64,000 nt of DNA from assembly GCF_964355755.1 (NCBI RefSeq), contig NC_092672.1:16430001-16494000 (forward strand). The letters are read 5' to 3'. Numbering within the stretch: the stretch's first letter is position 1; every line of letters begins with the position of its first letter. This document shows, one piece after another, positions 52,601 to 64,000 of the stretch. The notes under the pieces were generated by a model. That model did not search any database, was not told the origin of the DNA, and saw only the letters and a list, made by a program, of their open reading frames with translations. The DNA is from Antedon mediterranea. Taxonomy: Eukaryota > Animalia > Echinodermata. The translations under genes were made by a program, and so were the position numbers.

Positions 52601-55600
52601 ATCAGCGAGAGATAGATAAATCAGCGAGAGAGAGATAGATCAGCGAGAGAGAGATAGATAGATCAGCGAGAGAGAGAGATAGATAGATCAGCGAGAGATA
52701 GATAGATCAGCGAGAGAGAGATAGATCAGCGAGAGAGAGATAGATCAGCGAGAGAGAGATAGATCAGCGAGAGATAGATAGATCAGCGAGAGAGAGATAG
52801 ATCAGCGAGAGAGAGATAGATCAGCGAGAGAGAGAGATAGATCAGCGAGAGATAGATAGATCAGCGAGAGAGAGATAGATCAGCGAGAGAGAGATAGATG
52901 AGCGAGAGAGAGATAGATAGATCAGCGAGAGATAGATAGATCAGCAAGAGATAGATAGATCAGCGAGAGAGAGATAGATAGATCAGCGAGAGAGATATAG
53001 ATCAGCGAGAGAGAGATATATAGATCAGCGAGAGAGAGATAGATCAGCGAGAGAGAGATAGATAGATCAGCGAGAGAGAGAGATAGATAGATCAGCGAGT
53101 GAGAGGTAGATAGATCAGCGAGAGAGAGATAGATAGATCAGCGAGAGAGAGAGATAGATCAGTGAGAGATAGATAGATCAACGAGAGAGAGATAGATCAG
53201 CGAGAGATAGATAGATCAGCGAGAGAGAGAGAGATAGATCAGCGAGAGAGAGATAGATCAGCGAGAGAGGGATAGATCAGAGAGAGAGAGAGATAGATCA
53301 GCGAGAGATAGATAGATCAGCGAGAGAGAGATAGATAGATCAGCGAGAGAGAGATAGATAGATCAGCGAGAGAGAGATAGATAGATCAGCGAGAGAGAGA
53401 TAGATAGATCAGCGAGAGATAGATAGATCAGCGAGAGAGAGATAGATAGATCAGCGAGAGAGAGATAGATAGATCAGCGAGAGAGATAGATCAGCGAGAG
53501 AGAGATAGATCAGCGAGAGAGAGATAGATCAGCGAGAGAGAGATAGATAGATCAGCGAGAGAGAGATAGATAGATCAGCGAGAGAGAGATAGATAGATCA
53601 GCGAGAGAGAGATAGATCAGCGAGAGAGAGAGATAGATCAGCGAGAGAGAGAGATAGATCAGCGAAAGAGAGAGATAGATCAGCGAGAGAGAGAGATAGA
53701 TCAGCGAGAGAGAGAGATAGATCAGCGAGAGAGAGATAGATCAGCGAGAGAGAGAGTGATAGATCAGAGAGAGAGAGAGATAGATCAGCGAGAGAGAGAT
53801 AGATCAGCGAGAGAGAGAGATAGATCAGCGAGAGAGAGATCAGCGAGAGAGAGAGAGAGATAGATCAGCGAGAGACAGATAGATCAGCGAGAGACAGATA
53901 GATCAGCGAGAGAGAGATAGATCAGCGAGAGAGAGATAGATCAGCGAGAGACAGAGATAGATCAGAGAGAGATAGATCAGCGAGAGAGAGATAGATCAGC
54001 GAGAGAGAGATAGATCAGCGAGAGAGTGATAGATCAGCAATAGAGAGATAGATCAGCGAGAGAGAGATAGATCAGCGATAGAGAGATAGATCAGCGAGAG
54101 AGACAGATCAGCGAGAGAGAGTTAGATCAGCGAGAGAGAGAGATAGATAGATCAGCGAGAGAGATAGATCAGCGAGAGAGAGATAGATAAGCGAGAGAGA
54201 GATAGATCAGCGAGAGAGATAGATAGATCAGCGAGAGAGAGATAGATCAGCGAGAGAGAGATAGATAGATCAGCGAGAGAGAGAGAGATAGATAGATCAG
54301 CGAGAGAGAGATAGATCTGCGACAGAGAGATAGATAGATGAGCGAGAGAGAGATAGATGAGCGAAAGAGAGATAGATAGATCAGCGAGAGATAGATAGAT
54401 CAGCGAGAGAGAGATAGATGAGCGAGAGAGAGATAGATAGATGAGCGAGAGATAGATAGATCAGCGAGAGAGATAGATAGATAAGCGAGAGAGAGATAGA
54501 TCAGCGAGAGAGAGATATATAGATCAGCGAGAGAGAGATATATCAGCGAGAGAGAGAGAGTTAGATCAGCGAGAGAGAGAGATAGATAGATCAGCGAGAG
54601 AGTGGTAGATAGATCAGCAAGAGAGAGATAGATAGATCAGCGAGAGAGAGATAGATCAGCGAGAGATAGATAGATCAGCGAGAGAGAAATAGATCAACGA
54701 GAGAGAGATAGATCAGCGAGAGAGAAATAGATCAGCGAGAGAGATAGATCAGCGAGAGAGAGATAGATCAGCGAGAGAGAGATAGATCAGCGAGAGAGAA
54801 ATAGATCAGCGAGAGAGATAGATCAGCGAGAGTGAGATATATCAGCGAGAGAGAGATAGATCAGCGAGAGAGAGATAGATCAGCGAGAGAGAGATAGATC
54901 AGCGAGAGAGAGATAGATCAGCGAATGAGAGATAGATAGATCAGCGAGAGAGAGAGATAGATCAGCGAGAGAGAGATAGATCAGCGAGAGAGAGATAGAT
55001 AGATCAGCGAGAGAGAGATAGTTAGATCAGCGAGAGAGAGATAGATCAGCGAGAGAGAGATAGATAGATCAGTGAGAGAGAGAGAGATAGATCAGAGAGA
55101 GAGAGATAGATCAGAGAGAGAGAGAGAGATAGATAAGCGAGAGAGAGATAGATCAGCGAGAGAGAGATAGATCAGTGAGAGAGAGATAGATTAGCGAGAG
55201 AGAGATAGATCAGCGAGAGAGAGAGATAGATCAGCGAGAGAGAGATAGATCAGCAAGAGAGAGATAGATCAGCGAGAGAGAGATAGATCAGCGAGAGAGA
55301 TAGATCAGCGAGAGAGCGATAGATCAGCGAGAGAGAGAGAGATAGATCAGCGAGAGAGAGATAGATCAGCGAGAGAGAAATAGATCAACGAGAGAGATAG
55401 ATCAGCGAGAGAGAGATAGATCAGCGAAACAGAGATAGATCAGCGAGAGAGATAGATCAGCAAGAGAGAGAGATAGATTAGCGAGTGAGAGATAGATCAG
55501 CCAGAGAGAGATAGATCAGCAAGAGAGAGATAGATCAGCGAGAGAGAGATAGATCAGCGAGAGAGAGATAGATCAGCGAGAGAGAGATTGATCAGCGAGA

Positions 55601-58600
55601 GAGAGATAGATCAGCGAGAGAGAGATTGATCAGCGAGAGAGAGATAGATAGATCAGTGAGAGAGAGAGATAGATCAGCGAGAGAGAGAGAGATAGATCAG
55701 CGAGAGAGAGATAGATAGATCAGCGAGAGAGAGATAGATAGATGAGCGAGAGAGAGAGATAGGTCTGCGAGAGAGAGAGATAGATAGATGAGCGAGAGAG
55801 AGATAGATGAGCGAGAGAGAGATAGATAGATCAGCGAGAGATAGATAGATCAGCGAGAGAGAGATAGATGAGCGAGAGAGAGATAGATAGATCAGCGTGA
55901 GATAGATAGATCAGCGAGAGAGAGATAGATAGATCAGCGAGAGAGAGATAGATAGATCAGCGAGAGAGAGAGATAGATAGATCAGCGAGAGAGAGATAGA
56001 TAGATCAGCGAGAGAGAGATAGATAGATCAGCAAGGGAGAGATAGATAGATCAGCGAGAGAGAGATAGATCAGCGAGAGAGAGATAGATCAGCGAGAGAG
56101 AGATAGATCAGCGAGAGAGAGATAGATAGATCAGCGAGAGAGAGAGAGATAGATCAGCGAGAGAGAGATAGATCAGCGAGAGAGAGATAGATCAGCGAGA
56201 GAGAGATAGATCTGCGAGAGAGAGATATATCAGCGAGAGAGAGATAGATCAGCGAGAGAGAGATAGATCAGCGAGAGAGAGATAGATCAGCGAGAGAGAG
56301 ATAGATCAGCGAGAGATAGATAAATCAGCGAGAGAGAGATAGATCAGCGAGAGAGAGAGATAGATAGATCAGCGAGAGAGAGAGATAGATAGATCAGCGA
56401 GAGATAGATAGATCAGCGAGAAAGAGATAGATCAGCGAGAGAGAGATAGATCAGCGAGAGAGAGATAGATCAGCGAGAGAGAGATAGATCAGCGAGAGAG
56501 AGATAGATCAGCGAGAGAGAGATAGATCAGCGAGAGAGAGAGAGATAGATCAGCGAGAGATAGATAGATCAGCGAGAGAGAGAGATAGATAGATCAGCGA
56601 GAGAGAGATAGATAGATCAGCGAGAGAGAGATAAATAGATCAGCGAGAGAGAGATAGATAGATCAGCGAGAGATAGATAGATAGATCAGCGAGAGAGAGA
56701 TAGATAGATCAGCGAGAGAGAGATAGATCAGTGAGAGAGAGATAGATAGATCAGCGAGAGAGAGATAGAAAGATCTGCGAGAGAGAGATAGATCAGCGAG
56801 AGATAGATAGATCAGCGAGAGAGAGATAGATAGATCAGTGAGAGAGAGATAGATCAGCGAGAGAGAGAGATAGATCAGCGAGAGAGAGATAGATAGATCA
56901 GCGAGAGAGAGATAGATAGATGAGCGAGAGAGAGATAGATCTGCGAGAGAGAGATAGATAGATGAGCGAGAGAGAGATAGATGAGCGAGAGAGAGATAGA
57001 TAGATCAGCGAGAGATAGATAGATGAGCGAGAGAGAGATAGATGAGCGAGAGAGAGATAGATAGATCAGCGTGAGATAGATAGATCAGCGAGAGAGAGAT
57101 AGATAGATCAGCGAGAGAGAGATAGATAGATCAGCGAGAGAGAGATAGATAGATCAGCAAGAGATAGATAGATAGATCAGCGAGAGAGAGATAGATAGAT
57201 CAGCGAGAGAGAGATAGATCAGTGAGGGAGAGATAGATAGATCAGCGAGAGAGAGATAGATAGATCTGCGAGAGATAGATAGATCAGCGAGAGAGAGATA
57301 GATCAGCGAGAGAGAGAGATAGATCAGCGAGAGAGATAGATCAGCGAGAGAGAGATAGATCAGCGAGAGATAGATTGATCAGCGAGAGAGAGATAGATAG
57401 ATCAGCGAGAGAGAGAGATAGATAGATCAGCGAGAGAGAGATAGATAGATCAGCGAGAGAGAGATAGATAGATCAGCGAGGGAGAGATAGATAGATCAGC
57501 GAGAGAGAGATAGATCAGCGAGAGAGAGATAGATCACCGAGAGAGAGATAGATCAGCGAGAGAGAGATAGATAGATCAGCGAGAGAGAGAGAGATAGATC
57601 AGCGAGAGAGAGATAGATCAGCGAGAGAGAGATAGATCAGCGAGAGAGAGAGATAGATCAGCGAGAGAGAGATATATCAGCGAGAGAGAGATAGATCAGC
57701 GAGAGAGAGATAGATCAGCGAGAGAGAGATAGATCAGCGAGAGATAGATAAATCAGCGAGAGAGAGATAGATCAGCGAGAGAGAGATAGATAGATCAGCG
57801 AGAGAGAGAGATAGATAGATCAGCGAGAGATAGATAGATCAGCGAGAGAGAGATAGATCAGCGAGAGAGAGATAGATCAGCGAGAGAGAGATAGATCAGC
57901 GAGAGATAGATAGATCAGCGAGAGAGAGATAGATCAGCGAGAGAGAGATAGATCAGCGAGAGAGAGAGATAGATCAGCGAGAGATAGATAGATCAGCGAG
58001 AGAGAGATAGATCAGCGAGAGAGAGATAGATGAGCGAGAGAGAGATAGATAGATCAGCGAGAGATAGATAGATCAGCAAGAGATAGATAGATCAGCGAGA
58101 GAGAGATAGATAGATCAGCGAGAGAGATATAGATCAGCGAGAGAGAGATATATAGATCAGCGAGAGAGAGATAGATCAGCGAGAGAGAGATAGATAGATC
58201 AGCGAGAGAGAGAGATAGATAGATCAGCGAGTGAGAGGTAGATAGATCAGCGAGAGAGAGATAGATAGATCAGCGAGAGAGAGAGATAGATCAGTGAGAG
58301 ATAGATAGATCAACGAGAGAGAGATAGATCAGCGAGAGATAGATAGATCAGCGAGAGAGAGAGAGATAGATCAGCGAGAGAGAGATAGATCAGCGAGAGA
58401 GGGATAGATCAGAGAGAGAGAGAGATAGATCAGCGAGAGATAGATAGATCAGCGAGAGAGAGATAGATAGATCAGCGAGAGAGAGATAGATAGATCAGCG
58501 AGAGAGAGATAGATAGATCAGCGAGAGAGAGATAGATAGATCAGCGAGAGATAGATAGATCAGCGAGAGAGAGATAGATAGATCAGCGAGAGAGAGATAG

Positions 58601-61600
58601 ATAGATCAGCGAGAGAGATAGATCAGCGAGAGAGAGATAGATCAGCGAGAGAGAGATAGATCAGCGAGAGAGAGATAGATAGATCAGCGAGAGAGAGATA
58701 GATAGATCAGCGAGAGAGAGATAGATAGATCAGCGAGAGAGAGATAGATCAGCGAGAGAGAGAGATAGATCAGCGAGAGAGAGAGATAGATCAGCGAAAG
58801 AGAGAGATAGATCAGCGAGAGAGAGAGATAGATCAGCGAGAGAGAGAGATAGATCAGCGAGAGAGAGATAGATCAGCGAGAGAGAGAGTGATAGATCAGA
58901 GAGAGAGAGAGATAGATCAGCGAGAGAGAGATAGATCAGCGAGAGAGAGAGATAGATCAGCGAGAGAGAGATCAGCGAGAGAGAGAGAGAGATAGATCAG
59001 CGAGAGACAGATAGATCAGCGAGAGACAGATAGATCAGCGAGAGAGAGATAGATCAGCGAGAGAGAGATAGATCAGCGAGAGACAGAGATAGATCAGAGA
59101 GAGATAGATCAGCGAGAGAGAGATAGATCAGCGAGAGAGAGATAGATCAGCGAGAGAGTGATAGATCAGCAATAGAGAGATAGATCAGCGAGAGAGAGAT
59201 AGATCAGCGATAGAGAGATAGATCAGCGAGAGAGACAGATCAGCGAGAGAGAGTTAGATCAGCGAGAGAGAGAGATAGATAGATCAGCGAGAGAGATAGA
59301 TCAGCGAGAGAGAGATAGATAAGCGAGAGAGAGATAGATCAGCGAGAGAGATAGATAGATCAGCGAGAGAGAGATAGATCAGCGAGAGAGAGATAGATAG
59401 ATCAGCGAGAGAGAGAGAGATAGATAGATCAGCGAGAGAGAGATAGATCTGCGACAGAGAGATAGATAGATGAGCGAGAGAGAGATAGATGAGCGAAAGA
59501 GAGATAGATAGATCAGCGAGAGATAGATAGATCAGCGAGAGAGAGATAGATGAGCGAGAGAGAGATAGATAGATGAGCGAGAGATAGATAGATCAGCGAG
59601 AGAGATAGATAGATAAGCGAGAGAGAGATAGATCAGCGAGAGAGAGATATATAGATCAGCGAGAGAGAGATATATCAGCGAGAGAGAGAGAGTTAGATCA
59701 GCGAGAGAGAGAGATAGATAGATCAGCGAGAGAGTGGTAGATAGATCAGCAAGAGAGAGATAGATAGATCAGCGAGAGAGAGATAGATCAGCGAGAGATA
59801 GATAGATCAGCGAGAGAGAAATAGATCAACGAGAGAGAGATAGATCAGCGAGAGAGAAATAGATCAGCGAGAGAGATAGATCAGCGAGAGAGAGATAGAT
59901 CAGCGAGAGAGAGATAGATCAGCGAGAGAGAAATAGATCAGCGAGAGAGATAGATCAGCGAGAGTGAGATATATCAGCGAGAGAGAGATAGATCAGCGAG
60001 AGAGAGATAGATCAGCGAGAGAGAGATAGATCAGCGAGAGAGAGATAGATCAGCGAATGAGAGATAGATAGATCAGCGAGAGAGAGAGATAGATCAGCGA
60101 GAGAGAGATAGATCAGCGAGAGAGAGATAGATAGATCAGCGAGAGAGAGATAGTTAGATCAGCGAGAGAGAGATAGATCAGCGAGAGAGAGATAGATAGA
60201 TCAGTGAGAGAGAGAGAGATAGATCAGAGAGAGAGAGATAGATCAGAGAGAGAGAGAGAGATAGATAAGCGAGAGAGAGATAGATCAGCGAGAGAGAGAT
60301 AGATCAGTGAGAGAGAGATAGATTAGCGAGAGAGAGATAGATCAGCGAGAGAGAGAGATAGATCAGCGAGAGAGAGATAGATCAGCAAGAGAGAGATAGA
60401 TCAGCGAGAGAGAGATAGATCAGCGAGAGAGATAGATCAGCGAGAGAGCGATAGATCAGCGAGAGAGAGAGAGATAGATCAGCGAGAGAGAGATAGATCA
60501 GCGAGAGAGAAATAGATCAACGAGAGAGATAGATCAGCGAGAGAGAGATAGATCAGCGAAACAGAGATAGATCAGCGAGAGAGATAGATCAGCAAGAGAG
60601 AGAGATAGATTAGCGAGTGAGAGATAGATCAGCCAGAGAGAGATAGATCAGCAAGAGAGAGATAGATCAGCGAGAGAGAGATAGATCAGCGAGAGAGAGA
60701 TAGATCAGCGAGAGAGAGATTGATCAGCGAGAGAGAGATAGATCAGCGAGAGAGAGATTGATCAGCGAGAGAGAGATAGATAGATCAGTGAGAGAGAGAG
60801 ATAGATCAGCGAGAGAGAGAGAGATAGATCAGCGAGAGAGAGATAGATAGATCAGCGAGAGAGAGATAGATAGATGAGCGAGAGAGAGAGATAGGTCTGC
60901 GAGAGAGAGAGATAGATAGATGAGCGAGAGAGAGATAGATGAGCGAGAGAGAGATAGATAGATCAGCGAGAGATAGATAGATCAGCGAGAGAGAGATAGA
61001 TGAGCGAGAGAGAGATAGATAGATCAGCGTGAGATAGATAGATCAGCGAGAGAGAGATAGATAGATCAGCGAGAGAGAGATAGATAGATCAGCGAGAGAG
61101 AGAGATAGATAGATCAGCAAGAGATAGATAGATAGATCAGCGAGAGAGAGATAGATAGATCAGCGAGAGAGAGATAGATCAGTGAGGGAGAGATAGATAG
61201 ATCAGCGAGAGAGAGATAGATAGATCTGCGAGAGAGAGATAGATCGGGGAGAAATAGATAGATCAGTGAGAGAGAGATAGATCAGCGAGAGAGAGATAGA
61301 TCAACGAGAGAGAGATAGATCAGCGAGAGAGAGATAGATCAGCGAGAGATAGATAGATCAGCGAGAGAGAGATAGATCAGCGAGAGAGAGAGATAGATCA
61401 GCGAGAGAGATAGATCAGCGAGAGAGAGATAGATCAGCGAGAGATAGATTGATCAGCGAGAGAGAGATAGATAGATCAGCGAGAGAGAGAGATAGATAGA
61501 TCAGCGAGAGAGAGATAGATAGATCAGCGAGAGAGAGATAGATAGATCAGCGAGGGAGAGATAGATAGATCAGCGAGAGAGAGATAGATCAGCGAGAGAG

Positions 61601-64000
61601 AGACATATCAGCGAGAGAGAGATAGATCCGCGAGAGAGAGATAGATAGATCAGCGAGAGAGAGATAGATCAGCGGGAGAGAGATAGATCAGCGAGAGAGA
61701 GATAGATCAGCGAGAGAGAGATAGATCAGCGAGAGAGAGATATATCAGCGAGAGAGAGATAGATCAGCGAGAGAGAGATAGATCAGCGAGAGAGAGATAG
61801 ATCAGCGAGAGAGAGATAGATCAGCGAGAGATAGATAAATCAGCGAGAGAGAGATAGATCAGCGAGAGAGAGATAGATTGATCAGCGAGAGAGAGAGATA
61901 GATAGATCAGCGAGAGATAGATCGATCAGCGAGAGAGAGATAGATCAGCGAGAGAGAGATAGATCAGCGAGAGAGAGATAGATCAGCGAGAGATAGATAG
62001 ATCAGCGAGAGAGAGATAGATCAGCGAGAGAGAGAGATAGATCAGCGAGAGATAGATAGATCAGCGAGAGAGAGATAGATCAGCGAGAGAGAGATAGATG
62101 AGCGAGAGAGAGATAGATAGATCAGCGAGAGATAGATAGATCAGCAAGAGATAGATAGATCAGCGAGAGAGAGATAGATAGATCAGCGAGAGAGATATAG
62201 ATCAGCGAGAGAGATATATATAGATCAGCGAGAGAGAGATAGATCAGCGAGAGAGAAATAGATAGATCAGCGAGAGAGAGAGATAGATAGATCGATCAGC
62301 GAGTGAGAGGTAGATAGATCAGCGAGAGAGAGATAGATAGATCAGCGAGAGAGAGAGATAGATCAGCGAGAGATAGATAGATCAGCGAGAGAGAGATAGA
62401 TCAACGAGAGAGAGATAGATCAGCGAGAGATAGATAGATCAGCGAGAGAGAGATAGATAGATCAGCGAGAGAGAGATAGATCAGCGAGAGATAGATAGAT
62501 CAGCGAGAGAGAGAGATAGATCAGCGGGAGATAGATAGATCAGCGAGAGAGAGATAGATAGATCAGCGAGAGAGAGATAGATAGATCAGCGAGAGAGAGA
62601 TAGATAGATCAGCGAGAGAGAGATAGATAGATCAGCGAGAGATAGATAGATCAGCGAGAGAGAGATAGATAGATCAGCGAGAGAGAGATAGATCAGCGAG
62701 AGAGAGATAGATAGATCAGCGAGAGAGAGATAGTTAGATCAGCGAGAGAGAGATAGATCAGCGAGAGAGAGATAGATAGATCAGTGAGAGAGAGAGAGAT
62801 AGATCAGAGAGAGAGAGATAGATCAGAGAGAGAGAGAGAGATAGATAAGCGAGAGAGAGATAGATCAGCGAGAGAGAGATAGATCAGTGAGAGAGAGATA
62901 GATTAGCGAGAGAGAGATAGATCAGCGAGAGAGAGAGATAGATCAGCGAGAGAGAGATAGATCAGCAAGAGAGAGATAGATCAGCGAGAGAGAGATAGAT
63001 CAGCGAGAGAGATAGATCAGCGAGAGAGCGATAGATCAGCGAGAGAGAGAGAGATAGATCAGCGAGAGAGAGATAGATCAGCGAGAGAGAAATAGATCAA
63101 CGAGAGAGATAGATCAGCGAGAGAGAGATAGATCAGCGAAACAGAGATAGATCAGCGAGAGAGATAGATCAGCAAGAGAGAGAGATAGATTAGCGAGTGA
63201 GAGATAGATCAGCCAGAGAGAGATAGATCAGCAAGAGAGAGATAGATCAGCGAGAGAGAGATAGATCAGCGAGAGAGAGATAGATCAGCGAGAGAGAGAT
63301 TGATCAGCGAGAGAGAGATAGATCAGCGAGAGAGAGATTGATCAGCGAGAGAGAGATAGATAGATCAGTGAGAGAGAGAGATAGATCAGCGAGAGAGAGA
63401 GAGATAGATCAGCGAGAGAGAGATAGATAGATCAGCGAGAGAGAGATAGATAGATGAGCGAGAGAGAGAGATAGGTCTGCGAGAGAGAGAGATAGATAGA
63501 TGAGCGAGAGAGAGATAGATGAGCGAGAGAGAGATAGATAGATCAGCGAGAGATAGATAGATCAGCGAGAGAGAGATAGATGAGCGAGAGAGAGATAGAT
63601 AGATCAGCGTGAGATAGATAGATCAGCGAGAGAGAGATAGATAGATCAGCGAGAGAGAGATAGATAGATCAGCGAGAGAGAGAGATAGATAGATCAGCAA
63701 GAGATAGATAGATAGATCAGCGAGAGAGAGATAGATAGATCAGCGAGAGAGAGATAGATCAGTGAGGGAGAGATAGATAGATCAGCGAGAGAGAGATAGA
63801 TAGATCAGCGAGAGATAGATAGATCAGCAAGAGATAGATAGATCAGCGAGAGAGAGATAGATAGATCAGCGAGAGAGATATAGATCAGCGAGAGAGATAT
63901 ATATAGATCAGCGAGAGAGAGATAGATCAGCGAGAGAGAAATAGATAGATCAGCGAGAGAGAGAGATAGATAGATCGATCAGCGAGTGAGAGGTAGATAG
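34675..64000 (+). repeat. Compound GA/GATA minisatellite array (right arm), same consensus and orientation as the left arm
   Basis: Starts at ...cataactagtt|atagatcagcg and runs to the window end. It has more GATAGATA-containing units and more GATGAGCG/GATCTGCG variants than the left arm. Confidence 0.98.
50800..61070 (+). repeat. 5132-bp tandem higher-order duplication within the right array (boundaries approximate)
   Basis: Five rare variants recur at offset 5132: aagggagaga 50901/56033, atcaccga 52401/57533, gtggtag 54602/59734, gcgaatga 54921/60053, aggtctgc 55761/60893. Confidence 0.9.

Noticed and set aside
34675-64000. Telomerase-synthesised telomeric repeat
   Set aside because: There are no G-runs, the arrays flank an internal island in the same orientation, and point variants are inherited in kb-scale duplicated blocks. 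That indicates recombinational rather than templated synthesis. A subtelomeric location is not excluded.

Overview
This is a gene-free, repeat-only window that looks eukaryotic, probably from an invertebrate animal (inference). About 91% is one purine-rich compound minisatellite with consensus GATCAGCGAGAGAGAGATA (19 bp, with 15-35 bp variants from GA/GATA slippage). It forms two same-orientation arrays (1-29122 and 34675-64000) with nested higher-order duplications of about 0.8-10.9 kb. Between them is a 5.55-kb AT-rich island (29123-34674) of about 26 copies of a ~186-bp satellite whose monomer carries a long inverted repeat. The island holds a 187-bp Helentron-type (HINE/DINE-like) element, a ~0.7-kb MITE with 46-bp TIRs and a TGCA duplication, a 23-bp palindromic micro-insertion with a 7-bp TSD nested in that MITE, and a ~95-bp unique segment that may be a transposon terminus. 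Removing the island restores an exact consensus 19-mer. None of the supplied ORFs is credible. All counts and offsets were read by eye and should be confirmed computationally.
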